Positions 39,981-49,733 of a stretch of 64,000 bases of DNA are shown in pieces; position 1 is the first letter of the stretch; each line of letters starts with the position of its first letter. The notes below the pieces were generated by a model. It was not told where the DNA came from. It searched no databases and saw nothing but the letters and a program-made list of their open reading frames with translations. The translations under genes and the position numbers were made by a program. Location: contig BPKO01000013.1 in the NCBI GenBank assembly GCA_026005175.1, positions 7,430 through 71,429 on the forward strand, in the 5' to 3' direction. Source of the stretch: Candidatus Tectimicrobiota bacterium. GTDB taxonomy: Bacteria; Tectomicrobia; Entotheonellia; Entotheonellales; Entotheonellaceae.

Positions 39981-41197
39981 CGGCTGCCAGCGAACCGGTC
40001 AAAAAGCGTGTGCTCTTTGTCGACGACGAACCCAACGTGCTGCAGGCCCTGCGCCGCATGCTCCACACGATGCGTCAGGAGTGGGAAATGGCCTTTGCCA
40101 GCAGCGGCGAAGAGGCCCTGCGCCTGCTGGCCGAGCAGCCCTTTGACGTCATCGTCTCCGACATGCGCATGCCGGGCATGGACGGCGTGCAGCTGCTCAC
40201 GCGGGTCATGGAGCAGTACCCCGGCATCGTGCGCATCGTCCTGTCGGGCCACTCCGACCGCGACATGATCCTGCGTTCGGTCAAGCCGGCGCACCAGTAC
40301 CTGGCCAAGCCGTGCGATGCCGAGCGCCTCAAAGCCACCGTGGCTCGTGCCTGCGCTTTGCGCGAGCTGCTGGCGGATCAAGCGCTGCAGCGCCTGGTTT
40401 CCGGAGTCAAGACCTTGCCGAGTTTGCCGACATTATATACGGAGGTAATTGCTGCCATTCAGGCCCCCGATAGCTCCCTGGAGGAGGTGGGGCAAATCAT
40501 CGAGCAGGACATGGCGATGTCGGCGAAGATCCTGCAGCTGGTGAACTCCGCGTTCTTTGGCCTGCGCCGCCACGTGGCCAGCCCCACGCAGGCCGTTTGT
40601 TTGTTGGGGCTCAATACGGTGCAGGCGCTGGTGCTCTCGGTGCAGATCTTTGCCCACTTTGACCAGGCAGTGCTGCGCCGCCTGGCACTGGACACCCTCT
40701 GGCAGCACAGCCTGGCCACCAGCGTCTGCGCCAAGCAGATTGCCGCTGACCTCGCCAGCGACCGCACCACCGTCGATCACGCCTTCATGGCCGGCCTGCT
40801 GCACGACGTGGGCCAGCTCTTGCTGGCGGCTAACGTGCCCGAGGCTTACGGGCGTGCCCTGGCCCTGGCCCACGAGGCCTCTCTTCCCTTGTGGGAAGCC
40901 GAGCAGGCCGTCTTTGGCGCCACGCACGCCGAGGTGGGGGCATACTTGCTCGGGCTCTGGGGGCTGCCCGATGCCATTGTCGAAGCCGTGGCCTATCACC
41001 ACCGCCCCGCAGCCTGCCTGCACCAGGCCTTCAGTCCCTTGGCGGCGGTGCACGTGGCCGACGCCCTGGTGCGGGAAGCCGAAGCCGGCGGCGGAGAAGA
41101 CACCGGCCTCAATCCACAGTACGTGGCGGCGCTGGGCCTGGCCGAGCGCCTGGCCGAGTGGCGGGTACAGTGCCAGGGCGTGCCATCGCCTGCCTGA
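39977..41197 (+). CDS. response regulator: receiver + HDOD domain
   Basis: VLFVDDEPNVLQAL...VSDMRMPGMDGVQLL...YLAKPC, then HDOD-like LPSLPTLYTEVIAAIQ...ILQLVNSAFFGL...AGLLHDVGQLLL...THAEVGAYLLGLWGLP. The GTG overlaps the kinase stop (GTGA). Confidence 0.85.
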
Positions 41198-41212
41198 CGC
41201 AGAGGAACGCCT

Positions 41213-41800
41213 ATGACCCACGCGGTGCTCCTTGTCGACGACGAACCGCACGTGCTGGCCGGCCTGCGCCGGGCGCTGCGGCGCGAGCCGCTCGAGCTTT
41301 TTTGCGCCACTTCTGCCGAAGAGGGGTTCGTCATCCTGCACGCCCGCCACATCGACGCCGTGGTCTCCGACCAGGACATGCCGGGCATGCCCGGCACCGT
41401 TTTCCTGGCCAAAGTGCGGCAGGAGTTTCCCGACACGGTGCGCTTCATGCTCACCGGCAAGGCCACCCTGGAAGTGGCGCTGCAGGCCATCAACGAAGGC
41501 GCCATCAGCCGCTTTTTTACCAAGCCCTGCGACCACGTTGAGCTGGCCATTGCCATGCGCCAGGCGCTGCAGCACCGCGACTTGCTGGTGGCGGCCAAGC
41601 GGCTGCTTGCCGGCGTGCGGCGCCAGTCGGCAGTGCTCGAGCAGCTCGAGCGCCAGTTCCCCGGGATTACCCGGGTGCGGCGCGACCCTTCCGGTGCCGT
41701 CCTCGCCGAAGCCCAGGACGTGCCCATCGAGGAGCTGCTGCAGCAGCTGCGCGCCGAGGCGAGCCGCCTCGAGGCCCGCCTGCGCCGCTTTGATCCCTAG
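41213..41800 (+). CDS. response regulator: receiver + short helical C-terminal tail
   Basis: VLLVDDEPHVLAGL...VSDQDMPGMPGTVFL...RFFTKPC. The ~70 aa tail has no domain I recognise. Confidence 0.85.
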   Translation: MTHAVLLVDDEPHVLAGLRRALRREPLELFCATSAEEGFVILHARHIDAVVSDQDMPGMPGTVFLAKVRQEFPDTVRFMLTGKATLEVALQAINEGAISRFFTKPCDHVELAIAMRQALQHRDLLVAAKRLLAGVRRQSAVLEQLERQFPGITRVRRDPSGAVLAEAQDVPIEELLQQLRAEASRLEARLRRFDP

Positions 41801-41886
41801 CCCGGGTGAAGGCTTACCCCTCAAGAAGCCCGGGGGGCAAGGCGGACGCGGCGTAAGCGCTGCGCAAGCGCCCGGCAGAAGCAAGG

Positions 41887-43041
41887 ATGGCTATGAGCGA
41901 CGCGATTCTCTTTGTCGACGACGACGTCAACGTCCTCGAGGCATACCGCCGCGTGCTGCGGCGGCACTTTGCCATCGAAACCGCCGCCGGCGGCGCCGCC
42001 GGTTTGGCGCTGCTGGAACAAAAAGGGCCTTTTGCCGTGGTGGTTTCGGACTTGCGCATGCCGGGCATGGATGGCGTGCAATTCCTCACCGCGGTGCGGC
42101 AGCGGGCGCCCGATACGGTGCGGGTGATGCTCACCGGCCAGGCAGACATCACCGCTGCGATTGCCGCCATCAACGAAGGCCACATTTTTCGCTTCCTCAC
42201 CAAGCCCTGCCCTCCCGAGCTGCTGCTCAGGGCCCTTGAGGACGCCCTGGCCCAGTACCGCCTGGTAACGGCAGAGCGCACCCTGCTGGAGCAGACCCTG
42301 CACGGCAGCGTCAAGGTGCTCACCGACGTCCTGGCGCTGGTCAACCCGGCGGCGTTTGGCCAGTCGGCACGCCTCAAGCACTACGTGCGCCACATCAGCG
42401 AGCGGCTGGGGCTGGCCGAGCGCTGGCAGTTCGAGCTCGCCGCCATGCTCTCCCACCTGGGCTGCGTTACCCTGCCGGCCGAGACGCTGGAAAAAGTCTA
42501 CGCCGGGCAGCCGCTGAGCCCCGAAGAAGAGCGCATGTTTGCCGCCCACCCCGAAGTGGGCCACGACTTGCTGCGCCACATCCCGCGCCTGGAAGGGGTG
42601 GCCCAAATGATCGCCCGCCAGCGCGAGCCCTGCGGCGCCAACGGCGCCTGCCCGCCTCTCGAGGCGCTCGATCCGGTCACTCTCGGTGCCCGCCTGCTCA
42701 AGGTGGTGCTGGCGTTCGACCAGCTGGTGGCCCGCGGCGTGCCCCACCGGCGCGCCGTGGCCGAGCTGCGCCAGCACCCCGAGGCGTACCACCCCGCGCT
42801 GGTCGAGGCGCTGGAGGACGTCGACGCCGCCGGCACCGCCATGGTACTGCGGCTGGTCACGGTGCGCGACCTCTTCCCGGGCATGGTCCTCGACGAAGAC
42901 GTGCGCACCACCAGCGGCGTCCTCGTGCTGGCCAAAGGCCACGAGGTGACCCCGGCGCTGGTACAGCGGCTGCGCAGCTTCGCCCTCAAAGCCAAAATCG
43001 TCGAGCCCTTCCGCGTCCTCGTTCCCCGCCACGACGCCTGA
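41887..43041 (+). CDS. response regulator: receiver + degenerate HD/HD-GYP-like output domain
   Basis: ILFVDDDVNVLEAY...VSDLRMPGMDGVQFL...RFLTKPC. The output region has AAMLSHLGC where HD-GYP proteins carry HD, plus FAAHPEVGHDLL. Confidence 0.75.
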   Translation: MAMSDAILFVDDDVNVLEAYRRVLRRHFAIETAAGGAAGLALLEQKGPFAVVVSDLRMPGMDGVQFLTAVRQRAPDTVRVMLTGQADITAAIAAINEGHIFRFLTKPCPPELLLRALEDALAQYRLVTAERTLLEQTLHGSVKVLTDVLALVNPAAFGQSARLKHYVRHISERLGLAERWQFELAAMLSHLGCVTLPAETLEKVYAGQPLSPEEERMFAAHPEVGHDLLRHIPRLEGVAQMIARQREPCGANGACPPLEALDPVTLGARLLKVVLAFDQLVARGVPHRRAVAELRQHPEAYHPALVEALEDVDAAGTAMVLRLVTVRDLFPGMVLDEDVRTTSGVLVLAKGHEVTPALVQRLRSFALKAKIVEPFRVLVPRHDA

Positions 43042-43109
43042 AAAGCGCCCTCTTGCCACCTGCTTTTGGCTGGCGTAGCTTTAGGCATGCAGAAGGGAGG
43101 AGCGCAGAG

Positions 43110-43757
43110 ATGGCAGCGGAGACCACCGAGCGCGACCCGGCAGCGGTGCGCGCGGCCGTGTCGGCCATGGCGCAGCAGGCCGTGGACATGCTGCGCTTGA
43201 CCTGGGAGGGGTGGAAAAAGCAAGATGAAACCCTGCTTCAGGAAGCCGGACGCCTGGGGCGCGAGCTGCACCAGCAGGAAAAGCAGCTCACGGCGCAGCT
43301 GCTGCAGCCAGGAAGCGACACCCCGGCCGAACTCACCCTCGTGCCCTTGCACCTCGAGCGCATCGGCGACAACGTCGAGCTGCTGGTGCGGGCCGTGCGC
43401 GGCGCCGTGCACGATGGCGTGCTCTTTACCGAGCGCGCGCGGCGCGAGCTGCACACCCTCTTCGAGAAGGCGTGCGAGCTCCTGGAGTGCGTGCGCGATG
43501 CCATCCGCACCGGCAACCGCGTGCTCATTCGCTACGTGCGCGACGAGGCGCAGCGCTACGAAGCGCTGGTCAACGCCTACGCCCTTTCCCACCAGCAGCG
43601 CCTGGTGGAAGGCGTGTGTATGCCGCGTGCCTCGTCGATTTACGTGGCCCTGCTCGACGACTTCAAGAGCCTGGTGTGGCACGCCGGCCAGATTGCCGAC
43701 AAGCTGGCCGCGCCGGCCTCAGCGGCGGGCGCGCAGGGCGGCGAGGAGGGCGGGTAA
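43110..43757 (+). CDS. PhoU-domain protein
   Basis: Two helical repeats with LHLERIGDNVELL and LVWHAGQIADKL, the PhoU-type E/D-R-I-G-D pattern. ATG 43110 follows GAAGGGAGGAG. Confidence 0.6.
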   Translation: MAAETTERDPAAVRAAVSAMAQQAVDMLRLTWEGWKKQDETLLQEAGRLGRELHQQEKQLTAQLLQPGSDTPAELTLVPLHLERIGDNVELLVRAVRGAVHDGVLFTERARRELHTLFEKACELLECVRDAIRTGNRVLIRYVRDEAQRYEALVNAYALSHQQRLVEGVCMPRASSIYVALLDDFKSLVWHAGQIADKLAAPASAAGAQGGEEGG

Positions 43758-44700
43758 GACCTCTTGCCAGTCGCCGACGATGCCGTAGCGGGCAACGCGG
43801 AAGATGTGGGCCTGCGGGTCTTTGTTGATGGCCACGATCACCCGCGCCCCGGCGCAGCCTGCCAGGTGCTGGCTGGCGCCGGAGATGCCCACGGCGAGGT
43901 AAAGCTCCGGGGTGACGGTCTTGCCGGTGAGGCCGATCTGCCAGTGGCCGGGCACCCAGCCGGCGTCGACCGCCGCCCGCGAGGCCCCCACGGCGCCGCC
44001 CAGGAGGCCGGCCAGCTCTTCCAGGAGGCGAAAGGGCTCCGGCCCGCCCAGCCCGCGGCCGCCGGCCACCACCACGCGCGCGTCTTCCAGCTTTACGCCC
44101 GGCGTGTCGTGGCGCACCACCTGCCGTACCGTCACCTGCGGGGTAACCGCGTCGAGGTCAACCTCAAAAGGCACCACTTCCCCCTGGCGGCTGGGGTCGG
44201 GGGGCAGGGGGGCATAGGCCTTGGGGCGCAGGGAAGCCATGTGCGGAAGGGTGGTGCTGCGCAGCCGCGCCAGCACGTTGCCGCCGTAAACCGGGCGCTC
44301 GGCCAGAAGCGCCCCGTCGGCATCGAGGGCCACCGCCACGCAGTCGGGCAGCAGGCTGACGCCCAGGCGTGCCGCCAGGCGCGGGCCCAGCTCGCGGCCC
44401 AGCGCCGTGCGCGCCAGCAGCACGATGCGCGGGCTGAGCTGCGCGGCACAGCGCCTCGGCCGCTGCCAGCAGCAGCGCTACCTGCCCGCCGGCAAGCCGC
44501 GGGTGGGCCACCGTGTACACGCGGTCGGCGCCGCCATGCAGCGCCGCCGTGGCGGCCGCGCTCAGTTCTGTGCCCAGCAGCGCCGCCCCTACCGCCTTGC
44601 CGGCAGCGGCCGCCAGCTGGCGCGCCGCGGCCAGCACCTCGGCAGTGGCGGCGCTCAGAGCGCCGTCTTCCACTTCCCCCAGCACCAAAATGTCGCTCAT
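43719..44700 (-). pseudogene. etfA: electron transfer flavoprotein alpha subunit, one frameshift
   Basis: MSDILVLGEVEDGALS...AAEALCRAAQ | PRIVLLARTALGRELGPRLAARLG...GASRAAVDAGW...[28 protein letters not shown]. The shift is near GGG 44431-44433. Confidence 0.85.
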
Positions 44701-44715
44701 CGCGTCCCTTTCGTC

Positions 44716-45519
44716 CTAAAGAAGCCCTTCGGCGTGCAGCTTGTCGAGCAGCTGCTCGACGGCAGCGGCGGCGTCGTCGGCGGCAGAAATGAGTTCGCAC
44801 TGCAGCTGGCGCTCGGGCCGCCACAGCGCCACCACCTCCACGCCAGGAGTGAGCTGCGCGGCGCTTAGTCCCAGGTCGGCCAGCGTCCACACCGTGGGCC
44901 GCTTGCGGTTGGCAGCCATGATGTGGCGCATGGTGGGGTAGCGCGGCTGCCCCAGCTCGTTGCTCACCGTTACCAGCGCCGGCAGCGGCGCCTCGGCCAC
45001 CTGGTAGCCGTCGGGCAGCAGCAGCTCGGCGCGCACGCTGCCGCCTGCCACCTCGACTTTCTGCGCCAGGGGCAAGCAGGGCAGGTGCAGCAGCTCGGCC
45101 AGGTAAAGCGGCACCTGGGCGTTGTCCCAGTCCGAGGCCTGGCGGCCGCAGAGGATGAGGTCAAACGGCTCCAGCTTGGCGAGGGCGGCTTGCAGCACGC
45201 GCGCCGTCACCAGGCTGTCGGGGCTGTTGGCCAGCGCCGGGTCCTGGCACAGCACCAGGCGGTCGGCGCCCATGGCCAGCGGCTTGCGCATCACCGCAAG
45301 GTCAAACTGCGGGCCGGCGGCCAGCACGGTAACCGTGGCGCCGTGCTGGTCCTTGAGGCGCAAGGCGGCTTCCACGGCGTACTCGTCAAAGCCGTTGACC
45401 ACCGGCGGGAAGGTGGGCGGCACCGTCACCTGCCGTGCCGCGGCGTCGATGTGAAAAGCCGCCGGCGGAATTTCCGGGTCGATCACCTGCTTGGCGGTCA
45501 CCACGACGTGCAGTGCCAT
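44716..45519 (-). CDS. etfB: electron transfer flavoprotein beta subunit
   Basis: MALHVVVTAKQVIDPE...NGFDEYAVEAALRLKD...LILCGRQASDWDNAQV. Only the last 267 aa of ORF 44716..46413 are real. Confidence 0.9.
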   Translation of the reverse strand: MALHVVVTAKQVIDPEIPPAAFHIDAAARQVTVPPTFPPVVNGFDEYAVEAALRLKDQHGATVTVLAAGPQFDLAVMRKPLAMGADRLVLCQDPALANSPDSLVTARVLQAALAKLEPFDLILCGRQASDWDNAQVPLYLAELLHLPCLPLAQKVEVAGGSVRAELLLPDGYQVAEAPLPALVTVSNELGQPRYPTMRHIMAANRKRPTVWTLADLGLSAAQLTPGVEVVALWRPERQLQCELISAADDAAAAVEQLLDKLHAEGLL

Positions 45520-45529
45520 GGTCCCGCCC

Positions 45530-47011
45530 TCAGTAGCCCAGGTCGGCAGCGGCACTGGCGCCGGCCAGGCGGCCAAACACCGCCCCTGCGGCCAACCCGG
45601 CGCCGCCGGGGTAGTTGTGGTAGAAGAGGCCGCCCACCAGCTCGCCAGCGGCGTAGAGCCCGGGAATGGGGTTGCCCTCGGTGTCGAGCACCTGGGCGCG
45701 GCTGTTGATGCGCAGGCCGCCAAAGGTAAAGGTGATGCCGCAGGTAACGGGGTAGCCCACAAAGGGCGGGGTGTCGATGGGCAGCGCCCAGTTCGACTTG
45801 GGCGGGGTGATGCCCCGCGTGCCCTTGCCGTCGAGAATCGTGGGGTTGAACTCGCCTTCCTGCACCGCGGCGTTGAACTCCCGCACCGTCTGCAGCAGGC
45901 CCTCGCGGTTAATCCCCAGCTGCTCGGCCAGCGCCTCCAGGGTCTGGGCCTCCACGCGCGTGGCCTGCGGGATGCGGTACTCCTCGCGCAGCAAGTGCAG
46001 CACCTTGGCGTCGAAGATCTGCACCGCCACCCCCAGGGGCTGGCGCAGGATCTCGCGGCCGTACTTGGCGTAGGTGTAGTTGCGGAAGTCGGCCCCCTCG
46101 TCGAGAAAGCGCTTGCCCTCGAGGTTGACGACGATGCCAAAGGGGTAGGAGTGCTTCTGGTAGAGCTCGGTGAGGTTGCGGTCGCCGCTGGGCGGGGCGT
46201 TGATGTCCCAGGCCACGGCGTGGCAGCTGCTCCAGTGGCCGTAGGGCTGCGCCCCCACCTCCAGGGCCATGCGGATGCCGTCGCCGGTGTTGTAAGGAAT
46301 GCCGCGCACTTTGGCCAGGTCCCAGCCCGGCCCCAGGTAGCGGGCGCGCATTTCGGCGTTGGCCTCAAAGCCGCCGCTGGCCAGGATGACGGCGCGCGCC
46401 GCCAGGTCTTCAAAGCCCTGCGGCCCCTGTGCCGTCACCCCCACGATGCGCCCCTGGCGGTCCTGCAGCAAGCGCACCCCTTTGGTGGCGTAGCGGATCT
46501 CCACCCCGAGGCGCTCGGCGGCTGCAAACTGCTGGTCCGAGAGCCCTTTGCCGGCACCCACCGCTTCCACCACCAGGCCGCCCCAGAAGTGGTACTTGCC
46601 GTCGCGCTTGAAGGCCTGGCGGCCAAAGGCGAGCACGAAGCGCACCCCGTGGCGGTGCAGCCACTCCAGGGTGTCAAAAGACTGCGACACCAGGATCTGC
46701 GCCAGCTCGGGGTCGGCCAGGCCCTCAGTGACGCGCATGAGGTCGTCGTAGTACTGGTCCTCGGTGTACTGGCCGACCTCCACCGTGGCCTCTTCCTCGG
46801 GGGTAAGGTCGGGAATGAGCCGCTTGAGGTCCGCGATCCCGTTGTAGGCACAGCGGATGATGCCGCCGGTAAAATACGTGTTGCCGCCGCGAAAGTAAGC
46901 CGGCGCCTTTTCCAGAGCCAGCACGCTGGCCCCGCGCTCGCGCGCGGCAATGGCCGCACACAGCGCCGCGTTGCCAGCGCCCACAATGATCACGTCGTAG
47001 CCGTTGCTCAC
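45530..47011 (-). CDS. FAD-dependent dehydrogenase of the tricarballylate dehydrogenase (TcuA) family
   Basis: YDVIIVGAGNAALCAAIAARERGASVLALEKAP...RGGN, ILASGGFEAN, PPKSNWALPIDTPPFVGYPVTCGITFTFGGLRI and LYAAGELVGG. GTG 47011 follows TGAGGTG. Confidence 0.8.
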   Translation of the reverse strand: MSNGYDVIIVGAGNAALCAAIAARERGASVLALEKAPAYFRGGNTYFTGGIIRCAYNGIADLKRLIPDLTPEEEATVEVGQYTEDQYYDDLMRVTEGLADPELAQILVSQSFDTLEWLHRHGVRFVLAFGRQAFKRDGKYHFWGGLVVEAVGAGKGLSDQQFAAAERLGVEIRYATKGVRLLQDRQGRIVGVTAQGPQGFEDLAARAVILASGGFEANAEMRARYLGPGWDLAKVRGIPYNTGDGIRMALEVGAQPYGHWSSCHAVAWDINAPPSGDRNLTELYQKHSYPFGIVVNLEGKRFLDEGADFRNYTYAKYGREILRQPLGVAVQIFDAKVLHLLREEYRIPQATRVEAQTLEALAEQLGINREGLLQTVREFNAAVQEGEFNPTILDGKGTRGITPPKSNWALPIDTPPFVGYPVTCGITFTFGGLRINSRAQVLDTEGNPIPGLYAAGELVGGLFYHNYPGGAGLAAGAVFGRLAGASAAADLGY

Positions 47012-47199
47012 GGTGCACCTCACGCTCAGAGAAACGCCACTCGCTTGCCGAATCCCCAAAAGTACAGCACAAACGCCCGCGTCGTGCAAGGGCCGCCTTG
47101 CCCGGGGCGGCCAGCTGCGCTAGGCTGGACACGCGGACCCCGGCCGGTGTCAAGCAAAAGTGCAAGAAAAACGAGGGCCTGGGGGGTTCCCCACCGCGG

Positions 47200-47221
47200 C
47201 TGTGGAAAAGCTGGGGAAAAG
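47200..47221 (+). repeat. CTGTGGAAAAGCTGGGGAAAAG motif (copy 1 of 2)
   Basis: 20/22 identical to 53838-53859. It lies in the 364 nt divergent gap between 47011 and 47376. Confidence 0.6.
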
Positions 47222-47375
47222 CGGCGCTAAGCGGCTGTTTTTGGAAAGTAAAAGGCCCTTTGCCCACGGCCGCCTCACCGCCCAAGCCCTTGAAAAACCG
47301 GAAATTATACGCCTGTGACGAGCGTGGCCGCCGGGCAGGGGAGTTTTCAACACCGTTGTGCACAGGAGGACGAGG

Positions 47376-48509
47376 ATGCGGCGTACCGCTTATATTTACA
47401 CCGACGAGTATGCGCGCTTTGAGTACGGCGAGACGCACCCACTCAAGCCTTACCGCCTCAAGCTCACCCACGCGCTGATCGAGAGCTACGGCCTGCTTGC
47501 CCTGCCCGCGTGCCGGGTGGTGGAGACGGTGCCGGCGACGCGTGCCGAGCTGGAGACGTTTCACACCCCAGAGTACCTCGACGTCCTGGAAGCCGCCGAC
47601 TTGGGCCTCTACCGCCCCGATTACGCTGCTTACGGCCTGGGGCCGGGCGACAACCCCATCTTCCCCGGTATGTACCGCTGGTCGCAGCTGTGCGCGGGCG
47701 GCACCTTGCAGGCGGCGCGCCTGGTGGCGTCGGGGGAGGTGGACGTCGCCTTTCACAGCGCTGGCGGCTTGCACCACGGCATGCCCGACCGCGCTTCGGG
47801 CTTTTGCTACATCAACGACCCGGTGCTGGCCATCGGCGAGCTGGTGCGCCAGGGCTACCGCGTGGCTTACATCGACATCGACGTGCACCACGGCGACGGC
47901 GTGCAGGCGGCCTTTTACGACACCGACCGCGTGCTCACCATCTCCTTGCACGAAAGCGGCCGCTACCTTTTCCCCGGCACCGGCTTCCCGCAGGAAATCG
48001 GCGAGGGCAAGGGCCGCGGCTACGCCGTCAATTTGCCTTTCCCGCCGGGAATGGACGACGCGCTTTATCTGGAAGGCTTCCTGGCCATCGTGCCGCCGCT
48101 GGTGGCGGCCTACCAGCCCGACATCGTCTTTACCCAGCTCGGCGTCGACGCCTTCCACGACGACCCCCTGGCGCACGGCAACCTGACCACCGCCGGCTTC
48201 CTGCGCGTGCTGGAAGTGCTCAAAGCGCTGGCGCGGCGCTGGGTGGCCACCGGCGGCGGCGGCTACAACCTGGCCAACGTGGCCCGTGCCTGGACCCTGG
48301 CCTGGGGGGTGATGAACGACGTGGAGGTGCCCGACCCCCTGCCCGAGGCGGTGCGGCCGCTGCTGGCGCGCCAGGGCTACCACGGCCAGACGCTGCGCGA
48401 CCGCCCCCTCGAGCAGCCCGTCTCGCCCCGCCAGCGCCAGGAGGTGGCCGAGGCCATTGCCTACCTCAAGCGCCACGTCTTCCCCCTCCACGGCCTGCCC
48501 AGCACCTAA
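47376..48509 (+). CDS. histone deacetylase-family / acetoin utilisation AcuC-like deacetylase
   Basis: HPLKPYRL, SAGGLHHGMPDRASGFCYIND, IDIDVHHGDGVQ and GGGGY. ATG 47376 follows AGGAGGA. Confidence 0.9.
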   Translation: MRRTAYIYTDEYARFEYGETHPLKPYRLKLTHALIESYGLLALPACRVVETVPATRAELETFHTPEYLDVLEAADLGLYRPDYAAYGLGPGDNPIFPGMYRWSQLCAGGTLQAARLVASGEVDVAFHSAGGLHHGMPDRASGFCYINDPVLAIGELVRQGYRVAYIDIDVHHGDGVQAAFYDTDRVLTISLHESGRYLFPGTGFPQEIGEGKGRGYAVNLPFPPGMDDALYLEGFLAIVPPLVAAYQPDIVFTQLGVDAFHDDPLAHGNLTTAGFLRVLEVLKALARRWVATGGGGYNLANVARAWTLAWGVMNDVEVPDPLPEAVRPLLARQGYHGQTLRDRPLEQPVSPRQRQEVAEAIAYLKRHVFPLHGLPST

Positions 48510-48517
48510 GGCCAGGG

Positions 48518-48546
48518 TCGACACGCGCGTCGGACTCTGGTACACT
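48518..48546 (+). promoter_or_regulatory. candidate promoter TCGACA-N17-TACACT
   Basis: Read directly in the 70 nt gap before ATG 48580. Confidence 0.35.
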
Positions 48547-48579
48547 GGCGCCACCCCTGCAGGGCCCGGAGAAGGCGTG

Positions 48580-49716
48580 ATGGCGGCGGAGCCCCCCACC
48601 ATTCTGCACGTTGACGATTACGCCGGCACGCGCTACGCGGTGCGGCGCATTTTGCGCCGCGCCGGCTTCCGCGTCGTCAGCGCCGCCAGTGGCGCCGAGG
48701 GCCTGCGGCGAGCGCGCCAGGGCCCCAGCCTCGTTATCCTCGACGTCCACTTGCCCGACATGAGCGGCCTGGAGGTGTGCCGGCGCCTCAAGAGCGATGC
48801 GCGCACCGCCCACCTCCCCGTGCTGCATCTTTCGGCCACCTGCACCGGGGTCGAGGACCGCGTGCGCGGGCTGGAAAACGGCGCCGACGCCTACCTGGTC
48901 GAGCCGGTAGAGCCTGCCGAGCTGCTGGCCATGGTGCGCCTTTTGCTTGCCTATGACGACCGCCTCGAAGCGCTTCGGCAGCGCGTGCGCGAGCTCGAGC
49001 GCCTCCTCGCTGCCCGGCCTCCCACGCGGCTTCTTTCTTACCTGGGGCACGAGATGCGCACTCCCCTCAACGCCATTTTGACCCTCACCCGCCTGCTTTT
49101 GGAAAGAAGCGACGGCGAGCTGACGGCGGAGCAGGAGCGGCAGGTGGCCCTTATTCGCCAGGCAGCGGCAGACCTGTCGCGCCTGGTGGACGACACCCTC
49201 ACCCTGGTGCGCGCTGCGGCCGACACGCTGCCGGTGCGGCCGGAGCGCTTCAGGGTCGGCGAGCTCTTCGCTGCCCTGGAAGGCACGTTTCGCCCCCTGC
49301 ACGCCAACGCCGCCGTGGCCCTGGTCTTTGAGCCGGCCCCAGCGCTGCCGCCCCTTGTCACCGACCAGCACAAGCTGGCGCAGATCCTGCGCAACCTCAT
49401 CGACAACGCCCTGCGCCACACGGCGCGCGGCGAGGTGCGGGTGGCCGCCCGCTACCGTCCTGCCGACGACACCGTGGCCTTTACCGTCACCGATACCGGC
49501 CCCGGCATTGCCCCTGAGGCGCAGGCGCGCATTTTCGAGCCCTTCGTGCAGCTCGAAGGCGCCGGGGAAGCCGCTGCCGGCAGCGCCGGGCTGGGGCTGG
49601 CGCTTGGCCAGGAGCTGGCCCGCCTGCTGGGCGGCGACCTTACCGTGCAGAGCCGGCCCGGGGCGGGCACCACCTTTGCCCTCACCCTGCCGCGGGTTTA
49701 CGCGGCCCGGAGGTAA
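48580..49716 (+). CDS. N-terminal receiver + HisKA + HATPase hybrid histidine kinase
   Basis: ILHVDDYAGTRY...ILDVHLPDMSG...ADAYLVEPVEP; H-box YLGHEMRTPLNAI; NLIDNALRHT; TDTGPGI; GLGLALGQELARLLGG. Confidence 0.9.
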   Translation: MAAEPPTILHVDDYAGTRYAVRRILRRAGFRVVSAASGAEGLRRARQGPSLVILDVHLPDMSGLEVCRRLKSDARTAHLPVLHLSATCTGVEDRVRGLENGADAYLVEPVEPAELLAMVRLLLAYDDRLEALRQRVRELERLLAARPPTRLLSYLGHEMRTPLNAILTLTRLLLERSDGELTAEQERQVALIRQAAADLSRLVDDTLTLVRAAADTLPVRPERFRVGELFAALEGTFRPLHANAAVALVFEPAPALPPLVTDQHKLAQILRNLIDNALRHTARGEVRVAARYRPADDTVAFTVTDTGPGIAPEAQARIFEPFVQLEGAGEAAAGSAGLGLALGQELARLLGGDLTVQSRPGAGTTFALTLPRVYAARR

Positions 49717-49733
49717 GCCGTAAGGAAAGCCGT

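Noticed and set aside
47290-47320. Promoter for acuC around TTGAAA / ATTATAC.
   Set aside because: The two boxes are only about 9 nt apart, and no alternative -35 lies at 16-18 nt, so no credible sigma-70 geometry exists.
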